Shown here piece after piece: positions 8,334-17,919 of a DNA stretch of 64,000 nt (its first letter is position 1; each line of letters starts with the position of its first letter). The position numbers and the translations under genes were made by a program. Under the pieces are notes generated by a model. It was not told where the DNA came from. It saw only the letters and a program-made list of their open reading frames with translations, and made no database searches. Source of the DNA: a phage; NCBI GenBank assembly GCA_012401045.1, contig GCA_012401045.1_4704.1. One strand, 5' to 3'.

Positions 8334-8928
8334 CTGTTAGCTCCTGGGGACGTTCAACAATCGCGCCAGACGGGCAGATATTGATCGTAATGTTAATTGA
8401 CGGCATCGCCATCACTCGAGGATTACTATTACGTACGCGGACAACATGTTCGGTTGCTGATTTACGATCGACGCAATACTCTGTTTCTTGGAACTCAAAT
8501 GCTTTTAACGGCGTTGGTTTTGTTTGACGTTTAGGAACGCGGCCAAGATCAACAATATAGGCATAATCGCACACACGTTCTATTCCGTAAATACGGTTAT
8601 CCGACCAGTTCTTACCAAACAGCTTGTTGTGATGATAAGACAAATATTCGGTTACCATACCCTGGACAACATCGAAATCTTCTCGAAATTCAGGTTGGTA
8701 CCAAATCGGGCCGAGAATATCTGCGAACGATTCATGACGATATCGAGGATCATGTCGAGTCCAGGTCATTCTCTGGTTAAGATCGAAATCCACCAACAAC
8801 TCGGTTAATTGCAATTTTTCCTTCGGAGAAAGCTGGCGTTGATGATGCAAACTCAGACAATCGATAAGCGGTAATGAAACCCACGATGCTAATGTGTACA
8901 AATCGATCCTGGCTAATCTCTTGGTCAT
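7951..8928 (-). CDS. Hypothetical protein (325 aa in this frame; last 40 aa doubtful)
   Basis: SD AGGAAAAG upstream of ATG 8928; C-terminal RPRRHRHTKSRTG tract suggests frame exit near 8080. Confidence 0.5.
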   Translation of the reverse strand: MTKRLARIDLYTLASWVSLPLIDCLSLHHQRQLSPKEKLQLTELLVDFDLNQRMTWTRHDPRYRHESFADILGPIWYQPEFREDFDVVQGMVTEYLSYHHNKLFGKNWSDNRIYGIERVCDYAYIVDLGRVPKRQTKPTPLKAFEFQETEYCVDRKSATEHVVRVRNSNPRVMAMPSINITINICPSGAIVERPQELTDEQFEWLGQLEELRLAHAKRKAEQLANEPVYIKQGLALKERFKQRRSVFGPVQPVLYEFGVPEYRMDAESVATAFLDNGEIHRQGARSSGPFRPVRVQRPRRHRHTKSRTGNDDVSRDMDRSHYRTY

Positions 8929-8983
8929 ACTCTTTTCCTAAGTCCCCATTGTTTATACACACGATATCTGGGAATAGTTAAAA

Positions 8984-8999
8984 TATACGGCGTAAAACG
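8984..8999 (-). promoter_or_regulatory. Variant late-type motif (minus orientation TTTTACGCCGTATA) upstream of 7951..8928 gene
   Basis: Plus strand TATACGGCGTAAAACG; one mismatch from ACGGCATAAAA family. Confidence 0.35.
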
Positions 9000-9019
9000 A
9001 AGCAGGAGAGTTTCTGACG

Positions 9020-9340
9020 TCATTTTCTCCCTCTTCGAATACTACCGATACCTCTTTCGTCTAAGACGTCCCAGGCACGCTTTATTTCATCCTCCGTTGC
9101 TCTGGTATCTGGAGGGACAACCATAACACAGTCGTGGAACGGCCAATGTGTAGGTCTGGGGTTAGCGAACAAATCATCCCATTCAAATGTCCATTCTTTC
9201 TTTGAGCGATTGTAGTAGAGTGTAAGGTACGTGTTGGTATACGCCGGATAACCGCGCATAACTTCAATATCCTTACGATCTTGCCGTTCCTGATTCCAAT
9301 CGTTAAACCGCTTTCTTATTTTCTCCCACCACTTTCCCAT
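9020..9340 (-). CDS. Hypothetical protein (106 aa)
   Basis: ORF; SD AGGAGAAAGC immediately upstream of ATG 9340, directly preceded by the TTTTATGCCGT motif. Confidence 0.6.
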   Translation of the reverse strand: MGKWWEKIRKRFNDWNQERQDRKDIEVMRGYPAYTNTYLTLYYNRSKKEWTFEWDDLFANPRPTHWPFHDCVMVVPPDTRATEDEIKRAWDVLDERGIGSIRRGRK

Positions 9341-9352
9341 GCTTTCTCCTAC

Positions 9353-9384
9353 ACGGCATAAAAGCCTGCCCCGAAGGACAGGCT
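9353..9384 (-). promoter_or_regulatory. Hairpin + TTTTATGCCGT late-type promoter/terminator candidate
   Basis: Plus strand ACGGCATAAAAG + agcctg/caggct stem; 12 nt upstream of gene start 9340. Confidence 0.5.
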
Positions 9385-9393
9385 CGATAGAAC

Positions 9394-9594
9394 TTAACGA
9401 CCATCCAATTTCAATGAAGGATGGTTGACGATATGTGCGTGTTTTGCTGGGTCATATAGCTGATATGGAAAATAGCCATGCCATTGACGGCCTTGGCATT
9501 TCGTACACAGGAACTGACCAACACCTTGTCGATTCTCGTAAGCGAGTTCGGTACTATCAACATGACCGCAACGTTCGCAGATAAACAGCGACAT
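9394..9594 (-). CDS. Small zinc-ribbon-like protein (66 aa)
   Basis: CERCGH ... CTKCQG paired Cys motifs; SD GGGGA upstream. Confidence 0.55.
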   Translation of the reverse strand: MSLFICERCGHVDSTELAYENRQGVGQFLCTKCQGRQWHGYFPYQLYDPAKHAHIVNHPSLKLDGR

Positions 9595-9631
9595 AGCGCA
9601 TCCCCATTCACTTGAACCTTTTGGTTCGGCA

Positions 9632-10612
9632 TTAGAAAAGCAAGAAACCGCTATTCTTCGCTTCCGCTACAGTTTCGTCACCAACTTTCGGTGCCTGTTG
9701 ACGCGCGTTACGATGTTCGATGTAACGTTTCGCTTCGTCAGCGATTTGTTTGATAATACCCCCTAAACGATCGGTACTTAAAACAAACGACGTCGCTTCA
9801 CGAATTGGGCTGCTTTCAGGCACAAAACCATCGCAGCTGTAAATAGCGCTAACGCCCATGACTTTTGTCGCGTCTTTCGGATAAAGCGTACAGAAAGCAA
9901 TCGGGCTATCGTTCTCTTTCGTCCAATCGTATCCCATGAACGTATTCAGTTCGGTGATCGTTGGTTCCAAACCGGTAACACGTGGATGGTTTAAGAAGTT
10001 TTCCAGGTCGGCGCTGTCAAGACGACGGTTCTCGCCAGAAAACAGAACACAAAGCTGGCTAATAACAACCTGCACGTCCAGGTTGACATCCTGCTCCGAT
10101 TTCCCATTTTCGCCATTCATGTGATAGCTAACAATCACTGGACGTTTCAACCCTTCTGCAGCCGCCATCAGTCCTTTGAAGGTGCGATCGGCGTTGATCG
10201 TTTGACGCTCATCATCGAACGAGGCAACGATGCAACACACCACACGTTCACCACGTTCCAGCAGGTTAGCAACCAACGCAGGACCTGCAACAGAACCTGA
10301 ACCACCGCTCAGACTAAAGACCACGATATTAAATTTACCTGGCGTATGCTTATTCAGAATACCCGGGATTTGTGAACAGATCAGTTCAGCGTTCTCATCA
10401 CGCTTCTTACCAGAACCGTCTAACTCACGACCGGCTGCATCTTTAAAGATGTAAATATGATCGTCACCCAGTGTGCTATCGCGTAGGTTAGCGCGGCTGG
10501 TATCGACATACGTCATGCTGTGTAATCCTTTCGCGACTTCGCCTTCAAATGCTGAGCCGATTTCGCCACCACAACCACCGACAGCCCAAATATGTACTTG
10601 GTTCTCTTGCAT
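9632..10612 (-). CDS. phuZ: Tubulin/FtsZ-like GTPase, PhuZ homolog (326 aa)
   Basis: N-terminal WAVGGCGGEIG (T1-like) and FNIVVFSLSGGSGSVAGP (tubulin signature loop), aligning by eye with my recollection of 201phi2-1 PhuZ (FYIVCYSLGGGSGSVLGP, QIP motif); SD AGGAG 7 nt upstream. Confidence 0.88.
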   Translation of the reverse strand: MQENQVHIWAVGGCGGEIGSAFEGEVAKGLHSMTYVDTSRANLRDSTLGDDHIYIFKDAAGRELDGSGKKRDENAELICSQIPGILNKHTPGKFNIVVFSLSGGSGSVAGPALVANLLERGERVVCCIVASFDDERQTINADRTFKGLMAAAEGLKRPVIVSYHMNGENGKSEQDVNLDVQVVISQLCVLFSGENRRLDSADLENFLNHPRVTGLEPTITELNTFMGYDWTKENDSPIAFCTLYPKDATKVMGVSAIYSCDGFVPESSPIREATSFVLSTDRLGGIIKQIADEAKRYIEHRNARQQAPKVGDETVAEAKNSGFLLF

Positions 10613-10676
10613 GTGAACTCCTAACTTAATATGTATTTAACGTACAATGAATCTTTCTTTGCTAAAGGGGTGACCC

Positions 10677-11519
10677 ATGGGTGCTATTGACTACAGTGTA
10701 GATCGTATCTGTCGTACAATACCGGCAGATATCCTACAGTATTGCTATATCGATCGTTACGACTGGCGTAATCGCTATCCTCGTTCCGTAGAAGACATCA
10801 TTACCGATTGGGTAATCCGTAAACGGGTTATCGGCGACATCGATATCTACGGGGGACTACAAACCGTTATTCCCCTTGATGATGCAGGTGTCACAATCGA
10901 AGAAGTCACCATTAACTGTTATGTTTTCCACATTCCGTTGGAAGCCACACAGGGACGTTATATCACGTCCGCATTATCCATTATTTCAGGGAGCGTGAAC
11001 AACTACGGAATAAACTATAACGGGCAATGGGGCGCTTTCAACCAAACCCAATTTCAACGTCAGCTTTGTGGGTGGAACCCCGCAAGCAACACGTTACAGC
11101 AAGGGATGAACGCGTTCGGTCCCATGAACGTTCTTAGTACAGCCAACGTTGATATCATCGCCCCTAACACCATCATGGTGAACAACGTCACGCCTGTACA
11201 ATTTCCCCTGAGCCTACGCTGTTTCCTTGCCCACGATCCGGAACTTACCAACCTCAGCATGGAGGTTTGGAACGACTTCTACAAACTCTGTTTATACGCC
11301 ACGCAAAGTGACATCTACAACAGAACCGTTATCCGTCTCGATAGAGGTGTTACAGCACAAGGACAAGAAGTCGGTGCATTCAAGGAATACATCGATCGCT
11401 TTGCTGATGCTGAAAACACATATCAGGAATTCCTGAACGAAACGTGGGCAGGCGTTGCTGCCTGGAACGATCCGCAAACTAAACGTCGCGCCATTCGACT
11501 ACAAACCGGTTACTTCTGA
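10677..11519 (+). CDS. Hypothetical protein (280 aa)
   Basis: ORF divergent from phuZ; SD AAAGGGG. Confidence 0.65.
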   Translation: MGAIDYSVDRICRTIPADILQYCYIDRYDWRNRYPRSVEDIITDWVIRKRVIGDIDIYGGLQTVIPLDDAGVTIEEVTINCYVFHIPLEATQGRYITSALSIISGSVNNYGINYNGQWGAFNQTQFQRQLCGWNPASNTLQQGMNAFGPMNVLSTANVDIIAPNTIMVNNVTPVQFPLSLRCFLAHDPELTNLSMEVWNDFYKLCLYATQSDIYNRTVIRLDRGVTAQGQEVGAFKEYIDRFADAENTYQEFLNETWAGVAAWNDPQTKRRAIRLQTGYF

Positions 11520-12046
11520 TTAACGACAGCTTCCTCCCTCGGTGTTTTCGAGGGAGGTATTTGCCGTTTAAACACTTTCAGCACGTTCGCAAATTCAGCG
11601 GCAATAATACAGGCCGAGGTTGATAGCTTATTACTGAAAATGAGATCGTCCGGTAAACAATCGAACTGAATACCGTATTGCGTCTTTGTCTCATCAACGA
11701 TCAATGACGGTGTCGATCTTGTCTTCGCGATGTCGGTGATATACAAACGTAGAAATAATTCACCGTCTTCGCTATCCATAAAACGATAGGCGTTACCAGA
11801 AAACGCAACACATGGCGTAACGATAAATTGAACACGATCGTCGGTCGGATGGATATTTAACCAACGTTCGATATCATTACTACTCACATTTCGCATATTT
11901 ACTACGGTAAAAGCAAATAGCGTATCGTGATGTTTGGAATAATGCAGCACGTACGCCGCACCTTTCTTTTTGTGAATCCCTTCAATGTATTCTATTGTCG
12001 TATAGCCGGATTTATATAGCTTTACTTGCGGTTTATCACTCATCAT
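11510..12046 (-). CDS. Hypothetical protein (about 178 aa)
   Basis: Start at ATG 12046 overlapping upstream stop (ATGA coupling); ORF-track 5' extension rejected. Confidence 0.55.
   Translation of the reverse strand: MMSDKPQVKLYKSGYTTIEYIEGIHKKKGAAYVLHYSKHHDTLFAFTVVNMRNVSSNDIERWLNIHPTDDRVQFIVTPCVAFSGNAYRFMDSEDGELFLRLYITDIAKTRSTPSLIVDETKTQYGIQFDCLPDDLIFSNKLSTSACIIAAEFANVLKVFKRQIPPSKTPREEAVVNQK
11533..11557 (+). terminator. Hairpin cctccctcg/cgagggagg after the plus-strand gene
   Basis: 9-bp stem, 7-nt loop, followed by TATTTG; overlaps the 3' end of the convergent minus ORF. Confidence 0.5.
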
Positions 12047-12342
12047 AACAACCCTTCCCGTTTCATCGCGGCACGCATACTTGCGTAAAGCGCATTCTTC
12101 ATTGCACCCGGACGCAACGGATAACAAATCTCATATCGACGTCCTTGTTTTACAGCAATTTTCCTTCCATTCAGAAACAACGTGCCATTATCCAGCAACA
12201 ACTCACCTTGTAGTACCATGAGTCCTGCTTTAACATGACGTCCTTCTTCTTTCGTTAAGACCTTATAGCCGTGTTTATCCAATAACCACAATTCGTAGAT
12301 ACCATGCGCAGCCTTCGGCATTACTTTCTTCTTCGTCGTCAT
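12043..12342 (-). CDS. Hypothetical protein (99 aa)
   Basis: SD AAGGAGGA 8 nt upstream. Confidence 0.65.
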   Translation of the reverse strand: MTTKKKVMPKAAHGIYELWLLDKHGYKVLTKEEGRHVKAGLMVLQGELLLDNGTLFLNGRKIAVKQGRRYEICYPLRPGAMKNALYASMRAAMKREGLL

Positions 12343-12354
12343 GGAAGATCCTCC

Positions 12355-12729
12355 TTAAACTCCTTGTCGGATCATCACCAACCGGAGCATGTTGTATTCC
12401 AATGTAGCGCTTTCTAATTCGAATTCATATCGATACCAGAAATTCGGCTCTAATTGACCTACAACACATTTACGAACATCTGTCTGCACCTTCCTCGACA
12501 ACACCTGTAACAGTTGTGTTATCTCCGGCTTGAAGTAATGCGCCAAACCTAACTGATCAGAATAAAACAGGCCACAATCAAAGATGGCCTGTAAAATAAC
12601 ATATTCAACCATCAGGTGACGCGCATCGGGGTCAGGGAATGGCGAACGTAAAGCGAGATCTAACACATCGACGATTGGGCCGACATAAATGGCGGCACGG
12701 TACTCACGAATAACACTGATGTTATCCAT
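12355..12729 (-). CDS. Hypothetical protein (124 aa)
   Basis: ORF in tight minus-strand operon. Confidence 0.6.
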   Translation of the reverse strand: MDNISVIREYRAAIYVGPIVDVLDLALRSPFPDPDARHLMVEYVILQAIFDCGLFYSDQLGLAHYFKPEITQLLQVLSRKVQTDVRKCVVGQLEPNFWYRYEFELESATLEYNMLRLVMIRQGV

Positions 12730-12742
12730 GATAACCTATTCG

Positions 12743-13567
12743 TTAACTGTCGCTTTCTGACGTATCGACGTAGTTGAAAATACGATCCCGTAAACACTCG
12801 TAACGAGGCAACGCGCTAAGAATGATCATCTTCAACTGCATCGCGATCGATACACGTTCTTCATCCGATGCATCGTCTCCCCATTTACCCGGCTTAACCT
12901 GAATGGGTTCGTGCGGATCCTGCGGGAATATAAAGCTTAACAACAGATAATCCGTGCGGAACTCCCACACTTCTCGACCGTCGTTATCGGTTTCCTTACG
13001 CAACGTGAAGAGTTGACGTTCGGTGGTTGGATCCAACATCAGCGGTCGGCCACGAACAATCTCCAGTTTACGTGGGCTGACGAACGTCGTACGTTCAGGA
13101 AGGTATTTTTCAACATCATCCGTATCCAACAAGAACAAAATGATGTCGTCGAAATACTTCGGTGCGTACGTGTGTATCGGTTCACCGTCGCTATACGAAG
13201 AGATCTCTTGAAGTATTGGTGTCTTACACGAAAAGTTCTGGCATGAGCCGCGGGTGATCGGTAAGGTGGTCCATTGATGTTCTGTAGACAATTCAACAGG
13301 CACTAACGGATAGTCATCAATGAAAACCACACACGTTGTACTAATGGGTATTCTTCCATCATTACCGGGTTCAAAAACCAAACGTATCTTACCGGTAATC
13401 AACGCCATCTCATCTGGCATTAAATGGCTTGCTGAACGGGCAAGTCTGAAACCGGCCGCCTGTTTATAAGGTTCGGGTTTATAGCCACGGACAATAAGAG
13501 AGACATCCGCAAGTTCAACGCTCACGAACGCATCTTTGGTGTCTTCATTGTTCGTCGTTAACGTCAT
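12743..13567 (-). CDS. Hypothetical protein (274 aa)
   Basis: ORF; protein-like composition. Confidence 0.65.
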   Translation of the reverse strand: MTLTTNNEDTKDAFVSVELADVSLIVRGYKPEPYKQAAGFRLARSASHLMPDEMALITGKIRLVFEPGNDGRIPISTTCVVFIDDYPLVPVELSTEHQWTTLPITRGSCQNFSCKTPILQEISSYSDGEPIHTYAPKYFDDIILFLLDTDDVEKYLPERTTFVSPRKLEIVRGRPLMLDPTTERQLFTLRKETDNDGREVWEFRTDYLLLSFIFPQDPHEPIQVKPGKWGDDASDEERVSIAMQLKMIILSALPRYECLRDRIFNYVDTSESDS

Positions 13568-14582
13568 TGTTCATTTTCTCCATTGCAACGAATCGTTCAA
13601 GCTCGCGTAATAAACGCTCTTTTAACGCAGGATCAACTTCCGGAGCATGTTTATCGCGATACCATTCGGTCCCGTTGTATTGCAGGCTAACATGCCATGT
13701 TCCTAACGGGCTTTCCTCTGCAGCGGCGATGAAATTCTTAACGCCGGTTTTGGTAGGATACTCCATGATAGGAATAGCCTGCTTCAGATCCATTACGGTA
13801 AGATCCTGGAAGTTATAATCCAGGAGCGTTAATGCACGTTTGTCGCGTAACAGTAACCCGCAATCCAAGATAGTGAAATCGATACCCCAAAATTGTAGCT
13901 TACCGCCCGTACTGATAGGAATATGACCGCGATAAACCGCGAGATAAATCTCACCTTTATCGGTTTCTTTATTGTATCCTGCGATGAATGCTGCGGTAAT
14001 TAACGGCTGATCGCCTTTCGCAAAGAAAACAGGATGCGTACGATAAAGCCAATCATTACGGATTAAATCGGATACCTGACCTAAACGTGCCGTGGGCACC
14101 ATTGTCGATCCTAAGTCACTATTACTAACTTCGAATTGGTAATATTCAAACAGAACACCGTCGACTTCTTCTTTAGCGTATGGTTCACGATCCGGATTAG
14201 CGAGTATATAACGCAACTTATTATCGATTTCGGCTACGCGTTCCTCATGGGTATCCATAAGGCTAGTGACGACGAAAGCAGCCAGATTACGTACGCTAAG
14301 GAACACGTCGTCTTTCTCCTGGTCGCTTAGTCCTTCTTCATCTGCTAGCGTTGTCCAATGCAGTGGTCCCTCCACCATTTTCAACCATTTGTCTTCACGC
14401 TCTGGGTAAACAAAGGGCTTGTGTACAGGAACGCTGGTATGCTGCACACGCAATAGTAACGAACAAGGGGATTGCATTATCGACTCCCATGGCACTATAC
14501 CACTCGTGACAGCGATGACGTGACGATTAAGAACAAGAGAAGCTGAATAAGTAATGTTATCTAATCCTGGTAATTGATCCAT
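13545..14582 (-). CDS. Hypothetical protein (345 aa)
   Basis: ORF; preceded by a 308-bp structured intergenic region. Confidence 0.7.
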   Translation of the reverse strand: MDQLPGLDNITYSASLVLNRHVIAVTSGIVPWESIMQSPCSLLLRVQHTSVPVHKPFVYPEREDKWLKMVEGPLHWTTLADEEGLSDQEKDDVFLSVRNLAAFVVTSLMDTHEERVAEIDNKLRYILANPDREPYAKEEVDGVLFEYYQFEVSNSDLGSTMVPTARLGQVSDLIRNDWLYRTHPVFFAKGDQPLITAAFIAGYNKETDKGEIYLAVYRGHIPISTGGKLQFWGIDFTILDCGLLLRDKRALTLLDYNFQDLTVMDLKQAIPIMEYPTKTGVKNFIAAAEESPLGTWHVSLQYNGTEWYRDKHAPEVDPALKERLLRELERFVAMEKMNNDVNDEQ

Positions 14583-14765
14583 GATAGAAATCCTTAGTAT
14601 GTTTGATATGTTGTTTAATTAACATATTAAGTTTAAAAGAGGTTATGTTTTACGTATTGTTAATAACGTATTCTTATCTCTATTAAGTTATGTTCTATCT
14701 AAAGATAGTAAACAGATATAATGCTCCCCACCTCCCCATTCTCCCAAGTAATACTGGCCTACCGG

Positions 14766-14789
14766 CTCTCTCCTTTTTAAGGGAGAGAG
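14766..14789 (-). terminator. Hairpin ctctctcc/ggagagag
   Basis: 8-9 bp stem with TTTTTAA loop in 308-bp intergenic region. Confidence 0.4.
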
Positions 14790-14837
14790 TAAGCATTCAG
14801 TATTGCTCAAATGAATAAGCAAAACAGTATAAACTTA

Positions 14838-14861
14838 CCGTCTCGAGTTATCTCGAGACGG
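14838..14861 (-). terminator. Perfect 10-bp stem hairpin CCGTCTCGAG-TTAT-CTCGAGACGG; terminator candidate
   Basis: Inverted repeat just downstream (minus orientation) of stop at 14891, followed by T-rich TTTATACTGTTTTGC. Confidence 0.55.
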
Positions 14862-14890
14862 CGTAGTAGTATCTGTTTATCTCTTTTATG

Positions 14891-15244
14891 CTAACAGCCT
14901 ATTTCTGCATGAACCTTTAACGATTCGAATACATCTTGCTTCTTTATCATCGTCTTGTATAAACGTGATTGAGCAATGATCTTTATCCATTGTTGTGGAT
15001 CGCGTAAATTCACATTTTCAAAACGGGGTGGGGTATTATCTCCGTCGAGTCGGATATACCCTAAGAGCAATCCTTCATGGTCTCCTCGACGGATTTCGAT
15101 ATGCGGTTTGAGGAAGACATGATTGTCTGGTGGATACCAGCTTACGGTGTAGTAATGGTTTCCTGAAACAACGAATTCGTGAACGGCTTTTGTCTCATCG
15201 TCAATGACCGCATTTACGCTGGGAATCATTAATTTTTGAAGCAT
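14891..15244 (-). CDS. Hypothetical protein (117 aa)
   Basis: ORF. Confidence 0.55.
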   Translation of the reverse strand: MLQKLMIPSVNAVIDDETKAVHEFVVSGNHYYTVSWYPPDNHVFLKPHIEIRRGDHEGLLLGYIRLDGDNTPPRFENVNLRDPQQWIKIIAQSRLYKTMIKKQDVFESLKVHAEIGC

Positions 15245-15828
15245 GGGACATAAACCTCCATCAACATCGCATAAAGCGCACCAAGCCCATGCAGGACTTG
15301 GTTAGGTGCAAAGGTCGGAGTGTAGCATACTTGTTCGGTTGGTGCTTGTTGACGTAAGTCTAACGGATCTCCGTTGATAAGCATCTGCAGGAGATCAGCA
15401 TCATCTTGCAATGTGTCTTCATCGATATACGCATCAACACAAAGCAGTCGGTGTAACTGTTCTGGTTTAATTGAAATACCTACAACCATGCAGTTGTTGT
15501 AGGTGGCGTTGTCCAGAAAGAAGTGAATGACGCCCGCTTGAGGATCGCCACCGTAGTGGAGCCAACGCGTAAAACCAGCCGACATCATCCATAGCGGGTT
15601 GTGTTGTAACGCACTGACGACGCGGGTCTCGAAATCCAAACCAAACTTCTGGAAGATTGCGCCCATCTGGAAACGATCTTCATCGAGACGGTAACGGAAT
15701 ATACAGGCATCCGATCCCGTTGAGTTATCATACACCGAAAGATACCCACGATGGATTTCCACGGTAACATTGTTGTCGTCAAGCGTGGCGCTCGCAACGC
15801 CGTTAGAAAAGGTTGGAACAAAGCTCAT
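15229..15828 (-). CDS. Hypothetical protein (199 aa)
   Basis: ORF; 16-nt overlap with downstream gene. Confidence 0.6.
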   Translation of the reverse strand: MSFVPTFSNGVASATLDDNNVTVEIHRGYLSVYDNSTGSDACIFRYRLDEDRFQMGAIFQKFGLDFETRVVSALQHNPLWMMSAGFTRWLHYGGDPQAGVIHFFLDNATYNNCMVVGISIKPEQLHRLLCVDAYIDEDTLQDDADLLQMLINGDPLDLRQQAPTEQVCYTPTFAPNQVLHGLGALYAMLMEVYVPCFKN

Positions 15829-16376
15829 CTTGTAATCCTTAATTTACCTGAATGAATTATCGTTGATGGGTCCACGACGCGACCGTATTTCGCGTTACGT
15901 AATACACGATGCCCAAAGAAGTCAGCGGTTTCCAAAACAACCGTGTAACAACCCAGCTGATGTTGATGTCCCCAAAACCGTTCAATGGGAATCCAGCAGG
16001 GCGACATGCCTTTGTGTCGCCAATCCGTAACACAGCCGAATTCAGCAAACTGTTCAGTAAACCACTCGTCAATGTCGGTATCCGTAAAGAGAAACACGTG
16101 GTTTTTAACCAGATAAGCGAACCCAGGATAAAAAAGCTGAGGGTCATCTGGGTCACGGAGATAAACACGAAGTTTGTCTAGCGTACCCTCGACAACGATT
16201 GTATCGGGTAATCCTGGCGGCGTGAACCGAAGTTGGAAGTTATCCTCGTTTGCCGAGGCGTTAACCAAATACCCCAGTTGAAGGGGTCGATGCAATTCGA
16301 AAAGGTTAAACGTTAATGCATATTCGATATACTCTAATCCTATATTCATGTCTGACCTATGTGGTATGGACGGCAT
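15825..16376 (-). CDS. Hypothetical protein (183 aa)
   Basis: SD GGAAGG 7 nt upstream of ATG 16376; early-type motif variant upstream. Confidence 0.65.
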   Translation of the reverse strand: MPSIPHRSDMNIGLEYIEYALTFNLFELHRPLQLGYLVNASANEDNFQLRFTPPGLPDTIVVEGTLDKLRVYLRDPDDPQLFYPGFAYLVKNHVFLFTDTDIDEWFTEQFAEFGCVTDWRHKGMSPCWIPIERFWGHQHQLGCYTVVLETADFFGHRVLRNAKYGRVVDPSTIIHSGKLRITR

Positions 16377-16404
16377 TGCATTGCCTTCCGCGAGTGTAAT
16401 CAGG

Positions 16405-16434
16405 AAGGTAATGTAGGTTTATTTTAATCTCCAT
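16405..16434 (-). promoter_or_regulatory. Early-type promoter variant (minus orientation AAAATAAACCTACATTACCTT)
   Basis: Plus strand AAGGTAATGTAGGTTTATTTTAATCTCCAT; TACATTAC variant of TATATTAC. Confidence 0.4.
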
Positions 16435-16487
16435 TTCGCGATGATATGACAGTCTTTATTACGTTTACCATCTGAGGGAGCATGCTC

Positions 16488-17726
16488 ATGTCTTCTATTT
16501 TACAGGTGTTTAATGCGCATGCGGAAGGCATTGACATCGACGAGTATTTTGTTAATCAGGTTATCCGTTACGCGACACGCTTCCGTACGCAAGACCAAGA
16601 ACACATGCGTTTTTTCGGTGGGGTTCTGTTAGGTGTACAGAAAATCCGATTCACAACAAGACATAACGATACATGGTTTTCAGACGTCTTGATGATGGAT
16701 GAAGAAAGCTTACGACGCGATTTGAGTAAACTACCCTTCTACAATACGCAGACCAACCGTGTTGCCTCAAACGCCTTTAACCTAAGTTGCTGTTGGTTGC
16801 TTTATGCGATCTTCCACAGCAAACAAATCAAAAAAGAAAAGGTTCGTGAAGCCGGGATGCTTGCAGCAATGCAAGTCCTCCATTATAAATTCATTTGCGG
16901 TCTGGTAGCACGACGTTATCCTTATAACGCCGATCCGGCTATCGCCATTAAGGCGTACGATGAGTTAACCCTCAAATCAGGCATCAAGCGCATGAATAGC
17001 TGGAATGAGTACATCGACGAACGCTGTAACGCCATCATTGCGCGCAATAGCACGCATTTCAGTCGCTGGTCAACCCTGGAACCAGATAGTGTCGCCGAAC
17101 GTTTTGTGCGTGATGTGAATACCGGAATCCGTAAGGTTATCAACCGTATCACCGATACGTACTATGCGATGTATGAAGAGGGTAAGAAGATAGGCACGTC
17201 CTCTCAAACTGTAGAATTAGACGACGGCCTCGCTGTTCGCGATATCAAACGCAACGAAACCACTTATCGTCAATATCTGTTCGAAATCGCTTATGACCGA
17301 ACAAGTTTCGTTAAACGTGAACTCATGGTCGTCATCCTCGACGTGCATCATACTACCAATCTTTTATCCCTTGAGCGAGCGTTAAGCTATATCAGCGCTA
17401 ACGTAGAACGACCGACAAGAGACGGAAAACAGGTCTCTCAGATGTTGCGGCTTGTAATGGAGCATGCTATCGAGTATATCATCTTGAATAAGGTCGATAT
17501 GCGCGATCTTACGTTCTTATTCTACATGCGTAACGTGTACACGTCCAACCGTACCAGCAACCCGAAACTGTTAGAACTGCGTAAACTTGGCTCTGAAGTC
17601 ATTAAGAAAGCAACCAACGCGAGAAACGACGCTGAAGCTGCAGCGACACGTACCGGTGTCTTTCTGTATATCCTGCTTCGTGTGTTTAGCCGTAACTATT
17701 ACGTTCGACGTGCGATGTCACGTTAA
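16488..17726 (+). CDS. Hypothetical protein (412 aa)
   Basis: Second ATG (16488) chosen: SD GAGGGAG 7 nt upstream. Confidence 0.7.
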   Translation: MSSILQVFNAHAEGIDIDEYFVNQVIRYATRFRTQDQEHMRFFGGVLLGVQKIRFTTRHNDTWFSDVLMMDEESLRRDLSKLPFYNTQTNRVASNAFNLSCCWLLYAIFHSKQIKKEKVREAGMLAAMQVLHYKFICGLVARRYPYNADPAIAIKAYDELTLKSGIKRMNSWNEYIDERCNAIIARNSTHFSRWSTLEPDSVAERFVRDVNTGIRKVINRITDTYYAMYEEGKKIGTSSQTVELDDGLAVRDIKRNETTYRQYLFEIAYDRTSFVKRELMVVILDVHHTTNLLSLERALSYISANVERPTRDGKQVSQMLRLVMEHAIEYIILNKVDMRDLTFLFYMRNVYTSNRTSNPKLLELRKLGSEVIKKATNARNDAEAAATRTGVFLYILLRVFSRNYYVRRAMSR

Positions 17727-17878
17727 CAATGTAACGGTAAAACTTTACTGACGTTGGTTATTATTTGAAGCATAGGGCTTCACCCAGGAGTACCATCCCT
17801 TTAAGTCGTTTATCCTCTCCTGGTTAACTGTCGTTCTCTCACAGTGCTCGACAGACCAAAAATGCTCAGGCCTCATAG

Positions 17879-17907
17879 CCTCCTCTGGGAATGGAACCCA
17901 GAGGAGG
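17879..17907. terminator. 11-bp stem hairpin cctcctctggg/cccagaggagg between convergent genes
   Basis: Perfect stem, 7-nt loop. Confidence 0.55.
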
Positions 17908-17919
17908 ACTATGTTTGCC

